A DNA stretch of 40,622 nt from an uncultured Verrucomicrobiales bacterium (lineage in GTDB: Bacteria; Verrucomicrobiota; Verrucomicrobiia; Limisphaerales; JACDHS01). This document shows, one piece after another, positions 13,818-23,269 of the stretch (its first letter is position 1; each line of letters begins with the position of its first letter). The notes beneath the pieces are model-generated. The model saw only the letters and a list, made by a program, of their open reading frames with translations, was not told the DNA's origin and did no database searches. The DNA lies in contig CALJZV010000351.1 of the NCBI GenBank assembly GCA_937983475.1, positions 1 to 40,622 on the forward strand. Reading direction: 5' to 3'. Position numbers and translations under genes: made by a program.

Positions 13818-14666
13818 CTATAATTCCTCTCCACCGGCAATATTTTCCCGGTAGCAACCCAGCAACTGCCGGGTGACAGGCGACGTGTTCAACGGCGCGC
13901 CGTCCAGCTCTACTGCCTCGATGATTTCAAGGGTGCTGGCAGTGAGAAACACGCCTGTAGCCCGAAAAAGCGCCTCCGGCTGCGCGTTTTTCTCGGCATG
14001 AGGGAGATTATATTTTTTGCAAAGTTCCAAAACGATTTCACGGGTAATGCCCGGAAGAATGCCCGCAGTTTCCGGCGGCGTGCAGACGGTGTCGCCTTCA
14101 ATCCAAAAGAGATTGCAACTGGCTGTTTCAGCGACGTGCCCCTGAGAGTTAAGCAACAAGGCCTCGTCCGCCCCCGCCGCCTCGGCCTCATCTCGCGCCA
14201 GAATCTGAACCAGCTTGTTCGCGGTTTTGTGCGCTGCCAACGGATTGTCACAGGGCAACCGATGCGATGCGGTCCGAAGTCCCCAGCGCAACGGATTGTC
14301 CGGATCCAACCCGGGTGCCGGATGGACCGTCATGACCAATGCAGGAGCATCGGCGCCACGCGTGGAGTAACCCCGCGCTCCCCTGCCCCTTGATAAATGA
14401 ATCCGCAGCACCGCGTCCAGCATGCCGTTTCTGGCAATCAATTCCTCAGCAACACAACGCGCTTTTATTTCATTATAAGGCAGAGCGATTTTTAAAAACG
14501 CCGCTCCTTGCTCCAGTCGCTGCCAGTGGCGCCGCCACGTGAACAGTTTTCCGCCGTAAACCCGGAGGGTTTCAAACAAGCCGTCGCCATACAAAAAACC
14601 CCGGTCCAGCACCGAAACCATGGCCTGTTCCTGCGGAATAAATTGTCCGTTGATGAACGCGATCAT
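13818..14666 (-). CDS. pabC: Aminodeoxychorismate lyase (class IV aminotransferase fold)
   Basis: Class IV fold N-terminus INGQFIPQEQAMVSVLDRGFLYGDGLFETLRVYGG. It is translationally coupled to the upstream pabB-like gene by an ATGA overlap at 14663-14666. A branched-chain or D-amino-acid aminotransferase cannot be excluded by eye. Confidence 0.7.
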   Translation of the reverse strand: MIAFINGQFIPQEQAMVSVLDRGFLYGDGLFETLRVYGGKLFTWRRHWQRLEQGAAFLKIALPYNEIKARCVAEELIARNGMLDAVLRIHLSRGRGARGYSTRGADAPALVMTVHPAPGLDPDNPLRWGLRTASHRLPCDNPLAAHKTANKLVQILARDEAEAAGADEALLLNSQGHVAETASCNLFWIEGDTVCTPPETAGILPGITREIVLELCKKYNLPHAEKNAQPEALFRATGVFLTASTLEIIEAVELDGAPLNTSPVTRQLLGCYRENIAGGEEL

Positions 14667-16120
14667 GAGGAAATTGAATTCGAGGACAACGAGCGATCCG
14701 CCGCAAAAGACAAAGACGCGTCGTCAGTCAAGTTCAGCGCGGAAAAGAATCCGCGAGCCTTGGCGAGGGTCTCATCATATTCGGCTTGCGGGTCCGAGTC
14801 GGCCACAATTCCCGCGCCCGCATGAAAATAAACCGCGCTGTCCTTGAGAATGGCCGTGCGGATGGCGATGTTCACCTGGCTTTCGCGGTTGAACCCCAGG
14901 TAACCAATCGACCCCGTGTAGGGGCCTCGCGTCACCGGCTCCAGTTCGTCAATGATCTCCATCGCGCGAATCTTGGGCGCGCCAGTGATGCTGCCGCCGG
15001 GAAAACAGGAGGCAAACGCATCGAAATGCGACACGCCGGTTCGCAGTTGCCCTTCGACGGTGGACACCAGATGTTGAACCTGGGGATAACGCTCCAGGCG
15101 CACCAGATCGGGCACCTTCACCGAACCATATTCACAGACTCGCCCGAGGTCGTTCCGCAGAAGGTCGGTGATCATCACCAGCTCGGCCATTTCCTTGGCG
15201 CTGGTCTGAAGCTCGTAGGTCAACTGCGCGTCGCGGTCCGGGTCAGAGGATCGGGGGCGCGTTCCCTTGATCGGCCGCGTCTGGACATGGTTGCCGCTGA
15301 TGCGAAGGAACAGTTCCGGCGAGGAGGAAACCACCTGAAAATCGCCGCAATCCACAAAAGCCGAATACGGCGCGGGCGACACCGCTGTAAGCCGCTGAAA
15401 AAAATCCCAGCCCGACAATGGACACGCGGCGGCAAACCGTTGCGACAGGTTGACCTGGTAAATGTCTCCCGAGCGAATGTAACGCTGGGCGGTTTTCACC
15501 GCGTCCTGGAATTGCTTTTGGGAAAATGTGGAGGTCACCGAGCCACAGTTTGCAGAAACGATCGACGGCGCAGAATCGGCTGACTTTTCAAGGAGGCTTT
15601 CCCAGAATTCAAGCCGCCTTTGAGCGTCGTCCGCATCCCGCGACCCATCCGCCTGAAGGCCGGTGGAGACGATCCAGATTTTGCTCAAGCGATGATCGAA
15701 GACCACAAGGCTGCCGTAAAAGCCGACGTGGCAATCGGGCAACTCCAGGTCGTTGACCGCCCTGCGCGACAATCGCGGCTCAACAAAATTTTTTAAATCA
15801 TAACCCCAGCAGCCAAAGCAGCCGCCCAGGGGGAACGGCAGGTCAATTTCCTCAAGCATCTCATATCGCGCCATCAGGCTGTTGAGAATCTGCCAAGGAT
15901 TGCCGAATTGAATAGGTCCGGCGGTTTCGGACACAAGCTCGCAGCGGGAACCAAACGACCGGAACGTCAGGAATGGCCGCGCGGCCACAAAGGAATATCG
16001 AGCACGGGACGATTCAAAAAGCGCGCTGCGCAGCAATACCACGCCGCGTTCACCCTCGAGCGCGGAAACGAGCGATTCAGGAGAAACAAAGGATGAAAAT
16101 TCGGCAACGAGAGGGCGCAT
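14663..16120 (-). CDS. pabB: Aminodeoxychorismate synthase component I (chorismate-binding enzyme family)
   Basis: YQVNLSQRF, ELFLR, RPIKGTRPR, ITDLLRNDLGRV, FPGGSITGAPKIRAMEIIDELEP, RGPYTGSIGYLG and GAGIVADSDP. I chose ATG 16120 (MRPLVAEF), which avoids overlap with the upstream gene ending at 16128. The pabB call over trpE rests on linkage to the pabC-like gene. Confidence 0.8.
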   Translation of the reverse strand: MRPLVAEFSSFVSPESLVSALEGERGVVLLRSALFESSRARYSFVAARPFLTFRSFGSRCELVSETAGPIQFGNPWQILNSLMARYEMLEEIDLPFPLGGCFGCWGYDLKNFVEPRLSRRAVNDLELPDCHVGFYGSLVVFDHRLSKIWIVSTGLQADGSRDADDAQRRLEFWESLLEKSADSAPSIVSANCGSVTSTFSQKQFQDAVKTAQRYIRSGDIYQVNLSQRFAAACPLSGWDFFQRLTAVSPAPYSAFVDCGDFQVVSSSPELFLRISGNHVQTRPIKGTRPRSSDPDRDAQLTYELQTSAKEMAELVMITDLLRNDLGRVCEYGSVKVPDLVRLERYPQVQHLVSTVEGQLRTGVSHFDAFASCFPGGSITGAPKIRAMEIIDELEPVTRGPYTGSIGYLGFNRESQVNIAIRTAILKDSAVYFHAGAGIVADSDPQAEYDETLAKARGFFSALNLTDDASLSFAADRSLSSNSISS

Positions 16121-16127
16121 GCGGTTG

Positions 16128-17390
16128 TCACAGAACCAGAAGTTTGGACAGCCCCCGGTCACGCTTCAACGGGCTGATCAGCGCCATGTTCAAGCGATCA
16201 GGCCGGAAAAAATCCCGCGCAGCGGCGCGGATTTCGCCCGCTGTGACGGCGGACAACCGCCGCTTGATTTCAGCGGGTGAGTATATTTTTCCATAACCCA
16301 GGAGATTTTCGCCAATCCACATCATCTGCGGCTCGCTGCTTTCCAAACTCATGTCGAGCTGGCCAATGACATAATCGCGTGCCCGGCGCAGCTCGCTCCG
16401 GTTGATGGCTCTATCCACCAGGTCGCGCAACTCGCGCATCACCAGGTTGAGCACCTTCTCGAGCCGGTCGGTGTCCAGGCCGGCGGAGATCACCAAATCG
16501 CCGGTGTCTTCAAAAAAACTGGGCGTGCTGTAAATCGAATAAGCGAGGCCATGCTCCTCGCGCACTGTCTGGAAGAGGCGCGAACTCATGTTTTCACCCA
16601 GCACCGTGTTCAACAACCGCAGGGCATTACGACGCGGATCATGGCGCGAGCAGGTGCGGATGCCCAACGCCAATTGGGTTTGCTCGGCGCGCTTGGTGTA
16701 CAGTTTCACCCGCGGCCCCGACTGGCCGGGAACGACCGGAGGGCACTTAGGCCTATCCCCCCTTCGAAGGCGCCGCACGTGCCGGGAAACCGCGCGAACC
16801 ACGGTCCGGTGCTTCAGTTTTCCGGCGGCAGCAACCAAAGTGCTTGAGGCGTTGTAGTTGCGCCTCAAGTACCCTAACAGATGCTCCCGAGAAATGGCGT
16901 CCAGCGTCTCCTCAGAACCAGTGATGCAACGGCCCAAAGGCTGATCCGGCCAGAGTGTCTCGTTCAGCAGTTCCTGCACATACATCGGGGGTTGGTCTCG
17001 ATACATGGCCAACTCCTCCTTGATAACGTGGCGTTCCTTTACAATTTCCTGCGGATCAAATGTGGAATTGAGGAACATATCGGCAAGCACATCGAGCAGT
17101 TCCTCAAAGCAGTCATGCCTCGCCTTGGAGTAAAAGCAGGTGTTCTCCTCGGAGGTCCAGGCGTTGAGATATCCGCCAATGCCTTCGATGGCCTGGGAAA
17201 TTTGCCGGGCATTCCGTCGGCGCGTTCCCTTGAAAAGCATGTGCTCGATGAAGTGCGACACGCCGTTGATTTCCGCCGGTTCATACCGGCTGCCCACACC
17301 GACCCAAATGCCGACACTCACACTCGCCATTTGGGGCATTTCGGCCGTGGCGATCGTCAGTCCGTTATCAAGTCGGGTTACTTTGTACAT
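16128..17390 (-). CDS. M16 family zinc metallopeptidase (insulinase/pitrilysin-like)
   Basis: The N-terminus LDNGLTIATAEMPQMASVSVGIWVGVGSRYE with the inverted zinc motif HFIEHMLFKGT (HxxEH). 420 aa, typical M16B size. Confidence 0.9.
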   Translation of the reverse strand: MYKVTRLDNGLTIATAEMPQMASVSVGIWVGVGSRYEPAEINGVSHFIEHMLFKGTRRRNARQISQAIEGIGGYLNAWTSEENTCFYSKARHDCFEELLDVLADMFLNSTFDPQEIVKERHVIKEELAMYRDQPPMYVQELLNETLWPDQPLGRCITGSEETLDAISREHLLGYLRRNYNASSTLVAAAGKLKHRTVVRAVSRHVRRLRRGDRPKCPPVVPGQSGPRVKLYTKRAEQTQLALGIRTCSRHDPRRNALRLLNTVLGENMSSRLFQTVREEHGLAYSIYSTPSFFEDTGDLVISAGLDTDRLEKVLNLVMRELRDLVDRAINRSELRRARDYVIGQLDMSLESSEPQMMWIGENLLGYGKIYSPAEIKRRLSAVTAGEIRAAARDFFRPDRLNMALISPLKRDRGLSKLLVL

Positions 17391-17482
17391 TGCTCTGCTC
17401 CACCAATGCCATGAAATGGCCGCAAATCAACCATCCGTGCCTGGCCAGAATTTAATTTTTGCAAGACTTTGCAATACAACAC

Positions 17483-18211
17483 CTAAGCAAGCGTCCTCGG
17501 GAAGGCATCCGGCGGGCCGACGCGCCGTTTGTAGTCCAGAATAACCTCAATGGCCTGCTGTGGGTCGTCTGTAAGCGTCACCAACTCCAAATCCCCCGGG
17601 CTGATGTAGCCCCCGGTTTCGAGGGTTTTTGCCCAATCCAAAAGACCGTTCCAATATTTGCTTCCAAATAAAATCAGCGGAAACCGCGGGATGCGATGGG
17701 TTTGCACCAGGGTCAGCACTTCAAAAAACTCGTCCAGTGTGCCAAAGCCGCCCGGCATGTAAATAAACCCCATGCTGTATTTGACGAAACAAACCTTGCG
17801 ACAGAAGAAATAATGAAAATCGATGGGGATGTTGGCGTATTTGTTCCCCTTCTGCTCAAAGGGCAGTTCGATGTTGAGCCCGACCGACTTCCCCTTGGCC
17901 TCGGCAGCGCCCCGATTGGCCGCCTCCATGATGCCTGGCCCGCCCCCTGTGATCACCGCAAGCCCATGCTTGGCAAGGCCTTTGGCGATTGCTGTGGCTG
18001 TTTGATAATTGGGATCCGAAGGCGCGGTGCGGGCCGACCCGAAAATCGTCACGGCCGGCCCCACATGGGACATGGTTTCAAAGGAATCCACAAATTCGGC
18101 CATGATGCGGAAAATCCGCCATGGATCCTCTTTTGTGAAACCAATGGATTGGTTGTTCATGCGTTTCAGGGTAAGAAAAGACATTGGCGGTGTCACTGTG
18201 GAAGATTTCAA
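17483..18211 (-). CDS. LOG family (TIGR00730) nucleotide phosphoribohydrolase
   Basis: WRIFRIMAEFVDSFE, VTIFGSAR, VITGGGPGIMEAANRGA and the hallmark PGGFGTLDEFFE. The start is uncertain: in-frame Met codons at 18211, 18184 and 18160. Confidence 0.85.
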   Translation of the reverse strand: MKSSTVTPPMSFLTLKRMNNQSIGFTKEDPWRIFRIMAEFVDSFETMSHVGPAVTIFGSARTAPSDPNYQTATAIAKGLAKHGLAVITGGGPGIMEAANRGAAEAKGKSVGLNIELPFEQKGNKYANIPIDFHYFFCRKVCFVKYSMGFIYMPGGFGTLDEFFEVLTLVQTHRIPRFPLILFGSKYWNGLLDWAKTLETGGYISPGDLELVTLTDDPQQAIEVILDYKRRVGPPDAFPRTLA

Positions 18212-18283
18212 CCAACCCTTGGCAAAAAGTATTTCGCGCCAGCCATGTCCCTCCTAGACTCCCAGCCAAAACGAAAAGCCTGA

Positions 18284-19465
18284 ATGAAGCGCCAATTACA
18301 TTTTCCCATCAGGTGGGCGGCAGCGGGGCTTGTTGCCTGTCTGTTTTCCGGCATTTTTTCAGGCTGCTCCCGATCCAGTGCCCCTCTTGAATCCATCTCC
18401 TCGCCAAGAGGAACAAATTGGATTACCTCCCTTCCCTTCACTATTGACGAACCGGGCGACTTTGCCCTGGCATCCGACCTTACCGGCACACCGCACGCCA
18501 GCGGCATCATCATTGCCGCCAGCAACGTGAATCTGGACTTGAACGGCAAAACTCTGTCCGGCGCGCCCCGTTCCACTGCCGGCATTATGACGCGAGGATC
18601 CTTGACGAACATCACCGTGCGAAATGGCCGCATTGAAAACTGGGGACATGCCGCTGTTGAGGCTTCGTTTGTGAGTTCCAGCGAATTTTCGGGGCTGACA
18701 ATTCTATCCAACGCACTGGGACTATCGGTCAACGTGAGCAACCGCATCTCCCAATGTGTCTCAGCCTACAACGGTGGCATAGGCATCAGCGCCCTACAGG
18801 GATCCGTAGTCACGGAATGCGAATCCATTGGCAACCGGGCCGAGGGAATGACGGTGGGCTACGGCAGTGTTGTGGCCAATTGCCTCCTGTCCAGCAACCT
18901 GTTCAACGGGCTCTTCGCCACACATTTTGGTACCGTTTCCAACACCATCGCCGTTCATAACGGCTTCTCGGGCATAGTGGCGGGGAACAGTTCAAGCGTT
19001 ACGGATTGTGTAGCATCGCACAATGGCCGCGACGGCATTGAGGCCGGCAATGGCTGCACCGTTTCCAACAGCCACGCGCACTCCAATCTCGTCCACGGCG
19101 TCTCAGTCTTTGGACACAGCACGGTTCAAAACTGTCAAGTGACGGGCAATAAACGGGACGGCATTCGCACCGGATTCAACGGGCGAATTCTTCACAACCA
19201 TTGCATGGGCAACGGCTCCTCTGGCGCGGACACCGCCAACATTCATCTGGTGCTCCAGCGAAACCGGGTCGAAGGAAATCAAATCGAAATCAACGGCGAA
19301 ATCGGCATCCGAGCCAGTCATCCTCAAAACCAAATCATCCAGAACGTCGTCCGACGCGGCGAAAGAGGCGGCACAGCCTTTGAATGCAGCCCGCAGACCC
19401 TGGATTCCGTCCTTAATCGGCCGCCTGCGCCCGGCGATCCACACACGGCCAATTACGAATTCTGA
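18284..19465 (+). CDS. Parallel beta-helix repeat lipoprotein
   Basis: Lipoprotein signal LVACLFSGIFSGCSRS. Many PbH1-like turns follow (ASHNGRDGIEAGNGCTVSNSHAHSNLVHGVSVFGHSTVQNCQVTGNKRDGIRTG). Confidence 0.75.
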   Translation: MKRQLHFPIRWAAAGLVACLFSGIFSGCSRSSAPLESISSPRGTNWITSLPFTIDEPGDFALASDLTGTPHASGIIIAASNVNLDLNGKTLSGAPRSTAGIMTRGSLTNITVRNGRIENWGHAAVEASFVSSSEFSGLTILSNALGLSVNVSNRISQCVSAYNGGIGISALQGSVVTECESIGNRAEGMTVGYGSVVANCLLSSNLFNGLFATHFGTVSNTIAVHNGFSGIVAGNSSSVTDCVASHNGRDGIEAGNGCTVSNSHAHSNLVHGVSVFGHSTVQNCQVTGNKRDGIRTGFNGRILHNHCMGNGSSGADTANIHLVLQRNRVEGNQIEINGEIGIRASHPQNQIIQNVVRRGERGGTAFECSPQTLDSVLNRPPAPGDPHTANYEF

Positions 19466-19479
19466 TCGGTTTACGTTAT

Positions 19480-20454
19480 TCAGGACTGCGGTTGCTTTTT
19501 TCGCCATTCCACCCTGGGCGGCTCCGGGAGTCCCTGCGCGCGCAACGCCGTGCGGAAATGCATTTTTGCCACTCGCTCCAAACCACTTGCCCCATGTTTG
19601 GCAACAATCTCCTTGGCCGCCGCGTCCACGGCTGAGGAGGCGCCCTTGGGAAGCTTCATGCGGAACTGTTTCTCCAGCGCCGCCAATCGTGTCACGAACT
19701 CACTGCGGGCAAGAATGGACGCCGCGGCCACAGCCAGGTCCTCCTCGGCCTTGTGGCGTTGCACCAACTCAATGCCGCGTCCCAGGGCCATGATGGCCTT
19801 GGCCACGGTGTTTTTGTCGGCGGCAAACTGGTCGCTGATCGCCCGGACCGGCGGCGGGTTCATCCGGTGCAACTGGCCCATCAGGTTCTCAATGACCCGC
19901 GCATGGCCCCATGCCAAAAGGCGATTGACGCTTTTTATTTTTCCATAAAGGCGGTTGTAGGCTTCGTTGCCTATCGGCACGACACTGGTCACGCATCCGG
20001 GAGTGGTGCGGATTACCTCGGCCAGGTCGGCGATTTTTTTGTCGCTGGAAATGTTCTTGGAATCGCGGATGCCGGCGGTTTTCCAGGCCGCAATGACCTC
20101 CGCGTTGACATAGACCCCCGCCACGCAAAGCGGACCAAAAAAATCGCCCTTGCCGCTTTCATCCACGCCGATGCGCGGCAACAGCAACTCGGGATTCAAG
20201 ACCTCCTCGTAGCCCATCTTCGCCTCCTGGAGAATCTGGGGCTCCAGAACAAACTCGACGAATTCCTGTGTGCCCTTGCCCTGGACCACCAGTTTGCCGC
20301 TGTCGTAGAAAACCACGTTCACCTTGTCCTTGGCACCGGCGAATTGCGCGTAGGGCACTTCGCGGAACTCAAACCGGTTCTCATCGAGCCAGGATTTCAG
20401 CGCGGCGGCCTGCGCCTCATTTAATTTGCAGGAAAATGACGAGAGTGGTTTCAC
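19480..20454 (-). CDS. rnhC: Ribonuclease HIII
   Basis: N-terminal TBP-like domain (VNVVFYDSGKLVVQGKG) followed by IGVDESGKGDFFGPLCVAGVYV and an RNase HII/HIII core (DSK, LAWGHARV). Confidence 0.85.
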   Translation of the reverse strand: MKPLSSFSCKLNEAQAAALKSWLDENRFEFREVPYAQFAGAKDKVNVVFYDSGKLVVQGKGTQEFVEFVLEPQILQEAKMGYEEVLNPELLLPRIGVDESGKGDFFGPLCVAGVYVNAEVIAAWKTAGIRDSKNISSDKKIADLAEVIRTTPGCVTSVVPIGNEAYNRLYGKIKSVNRLLAWGHARVIENLMGQLHRMNPPPVRAISDQFAADKNTVAKAIMALGRGIELVQRHKAEEDLAVAAASILARSEFVTRLAALEKQFRMKLPKGASSAVDAAAKEIVAKHGASGLERVAKMHFRTALRAQGLPEPPRVEWRKKQPQS

Positions 20455-20517
20455 AGATTGAGTTCAGCGTAGGCCGTTGTCATAGTCTGCGCAATGTCAC
20501 AAAACCATTGACGCCCG

Positions 20518-21672
20518 ATGCCAAAAGCCCGCAACCAATCACCATCCGCAAGCCGTAAGCGCCGGAATCATCGCGCCAGTCAGGACACTTTGGACCTCGT
20601 CTTGGCGCTGTTGAATTGGTTCGCCCAAAACGCCCGTGACCTGCCGTGGCGCAAAACACAAGACCCTTACAGCATCTGGGTTTCGGAAATCATGCTTCAG
20701 CAAACGCAGGTCAAAACCGTGATTCCTTACTGGGAACGCTGGATGCGGGAACTGCCCAGCATTCAATCTCTCGCGGAGGCGCCATTGGAAAAAATTCACA
20801 AACTCTGGGAGGGACTTGGTTATTACAGCCGCGTCCGCAATCTTCAAAAAGGAGCGCAGGAGGTTGTGAGAAAATATAACGGGATTTTCCCCGCGGCATA
20901 CGAGGACGTCCTGGAACTGCCTGGCATCGGCCGTTACACCGCAGGCGCGATTTGCAGCATCGCCTTCAATCAATCCACGGCCATTCTCGACGGCAATGTC
21001 ATTCGCGTGCTGACCCGTGCGTTTGGCATCGGTGAAAACCCAGAGGAAAAACAAACCAACGAACGCCTGTGGAATCTCGCTGGGGAACTGGTTGGACTCG
21101 CTGGCAGGGCTGGCCTGAAAAATGACCTCGCAAGGCATTGCTGTAGTCATTTCAACCAGTCGTTGATGGAACTGGGCGCGCTGGTCTGCACCCCGCGAAA
21201 TCCGGGTTGCGACCGTTGCCCCATCAGCGCCCTTTGCGTTGCGCGATCCGAAAACCGAGTTGAACTGTTGCCCCGCTTGGAAAAAAGAGCGCCCGCCACA
21301 GTGAAGCGGATGGCGGCCTTTATCGTTCGGCGGGAACAACGGTATTTGGTCTGCCAGCGGCCCGGCGGCGGCGTCAATGCGCACTTGTGGGAATTCCCGA
21401 GCATCGAACTGTCTTCAGCAACAGCCCGGCAAACATGGGCGAGTCCTTTCATTTTGCCCAAGGATGCGGTGCCCTTTGCGACCATCAAGCACTCGATTAC
21501 GCGTTACCGGATCACGCTGGAGGCGTTTCATGCCCGGTTGAATGTCGCCGGAGCGGTAAGCATCCATGGAACCTGGCTGACGATGGCCGGTTTGACTCGC
21601 CTGCCCTTTTCCTCCGCTCACAAAAAAATTCTTTTGCGACTCCAGCAGGATGACGGGCTCGGTCAAGGGTAG
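20518..21672 (+). CDS. mutY: A/G-specific adenine DNA glycosylase
   Basis: DLPWRKTQDPYSIWVSEIMLQQTQVKTVIPYWERWM, GLGYYSRVRNL, HhH motif LPGIGRYTAGAI, DGNVIRVL, the 4Fe-4S Cys cluster CTPRNPGCDRCPISALC, and a C-terminal NUDIX-like domain. Confidence 0.9.
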   Translation: MPKARNQSPSASRKRRNHRASQDTLDLVLALLNWFAQNARDLPWRKTQDPYSIWVSEIMLQQTQVKTVIPYWERWMRELPSIQSLAEAPLEKIHKLWEGLGYYSRVRNLQKGAQEVVRKYNGIFPAAYEDVLELPGIGRYTAGAICSIAFNQSTAILDGNVIRVLTRAFGIGENPEEKQTNERLWNLAGELVGLAGRAGLKNDLARHCCSHFNQSLMELGALVCTPRNPGCDRCPISALCVARSENRVELLPRLEKRAPATVKRMAAFIVRREQRYLVCQRPGGGVNAHLWEFPSIELSSATARQTWASPFILPKDAVPFATIKHSITRYRITLEAFHARLNVAGAVSIHGTWLTMAGLTRLPFSSAHKKILLRLQQDDGLGQG

Positions 21673-23066
21673 CTGAACGGCGGCACTTGTTCAGGAGGCA
21701 GGCGTTGCACGGCAGGTTCCGGTTGCTCCAATTCTGAAAAATGCCGTTCAAGAATCGAGACAAACTGTTTGTGAAGATACTCCACTTCCTGTCGGTCCTG
21801 CTCCAGCCTCAGACCGCGCTCGCTTTCCTGCCAAATCATGGATGCATGATGCACCAGCGCGGCCGCATCATCGTGGCGGCGCAAGCATTGGGCGACGCTG
21901 TAAAGCGATTCAAACAGGGCTCGCACCACGCCCAGATTGGAGCACGCATACATCCGTATGTTGGTAAAGGCTGCCTCGGCCATTTCCTCGAAAGTCACCG
22001 GTTCGGCTACAACCCGCAATTGTCCCTCATCATCGTAACGCAGGGCTGAAGGAATTTGACGTTCGGCCAGGTCGCATAGTCCCGCTCCAATCCTCCGAAT
22101 GGCGCTGATGGCCGTAAATGGGTCATTGATGCCGGGAGAAAGCGCCTTCAATGTTATTTCAACAAGTTGGTTCAGGGGAAACATCGCGTCCTGTTCAGTG
22201 GTCCGGACATTGCCGATGATAAAGGCGCTTTCACTCAACTCCTCAGCAAACGACTCATCCACCGATTCAGCCGGCCAGCACTTGGCCAGCTCAAACCCCT
22301 GCACCACAAAGTCACCGGGACGGCAGCATACCTGGATCAAAATGCCATGTTCGATCGCGCTGGAAATGATGCCATCGGAATCAATTGCCTGAACAAAGCC
22401 TGTCTCCCTGGCAAGGATCAACAAGGGTTCGTTGGCGCACATGGCCGGCAATGTGATTTCCTCGGGAACCCCGCCTTCACCTGAACCTACCTTTTCAGGA
22501 AACAGCCGCTCAATTGCATGGTCCAGATCCTTCCCCACATCGGAGATCAGGTTGGAAACCAAGAGGGATTCGGAAACATGGTGGAAAAAATAGATCAACA
22601 CCCCCAGGCTCAGTAGCCCAAGCACAAGTCCAAAGGTCAGCGAGAAATGGGGAATAAACGGGTCCGATGTGATCTCTCCTCGAATTGTCCGAAGAACCAG
22701 CAAACAATACACGAACGTCGCCACGAAAGTGCCCAGCACAAATTGATTGCCGGTGTCCCGCATGAAATTCCGCAGCAAGCGCGGACCGTATTGTCCAGCG
22801 GCCAAGGAAAGCGCGACAATGGTGATGGAGAATACCACGCCCGCCACCGTAATCATGGAGCCCGCGACGGTGCTCAAGAGCAAACGGGCTCCGGCGGGTT
22901 GGTTAAGCTGAATTACCCCCACAAAGGGAATCCCCCTGTTGTAAAAATAATTATCCAGGGCAACCAACGCAAACGAAAGCCCCACCGCCCCCAAGGTGAG
23001 CGATGCCGGAAGAAACCAAAAAGTGGACCGAAGCTTTTCCCAAATGTTCAACAGTCGCGTTTTCAT
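21663..23066 (-). CDS. DUF2254 family membrane protein
   Basis: The N-terminus MKTRLLNIWEKLRSTFWFLPASLTLGAVGLSF plus four further hydrophobic helices and a large soluble C-terminal domain, consistent with DUF2254 as I recall it. I chose ATG 23066. It overlaps the convergent mutY stop by 10 nt. Confidence 0.65.
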   Translation of the reverse strand: MKTRLLNIWEKLRSTFWFLPASLTLGAVGLSFALVALDNYFYNRGIPFVGVIQLNQPAGARLLLSTVAGSMITVAGVVFSITIVALSLAAGQYGPRLLRNFMRDTGNQFVLGTFVATFVYCLLVLRTIRGEITSDPFIPHFSLTFGLVLGLLSLGVLIYFFHHVSESLLVSNLISDVGKDLDHAIERLFPEKVGSGEGGVPEEITLPAMCANEPLLILARETGFVQAIDSDGIISSAIEHGILIQVCCRPGDFVVQGFELAKCWPAESVDESFAEELSESAFIIGNVRTTEQDAMFPLNQLVEITLKALSPGINDPFTAISAIRRIGAGLCDLAERQIPSALRYDDEGQLRVVAEPVTFEEMAEAAFTNIRMYACSNLGVVRALFESLYSVAQCLRRHDDAAALVHHASMIWQESERGLRLEQDRQEVEYLHKQFVSILERHFSELEQPEPAVQRLPPEQVPPFSYP

Positions 23067-23269
23067 AGCCGATCCATGCAAAGCGAAACCGGGTTCGCCA
23101 ACCAACGCTGATCGTTGCCTTAACCAACGTGCCTGATCTGGAAAAAATCAACCTGTTGGTCTTAAAGGTTTCTCCCTGATGCCTCGGGATTTCAGGAGAA
23201 TCTTGCGACGAGGAAATATTTCGGATTTGCAATCCAACAAATCCGGCCAATATTCACTGCCCATAAAAT

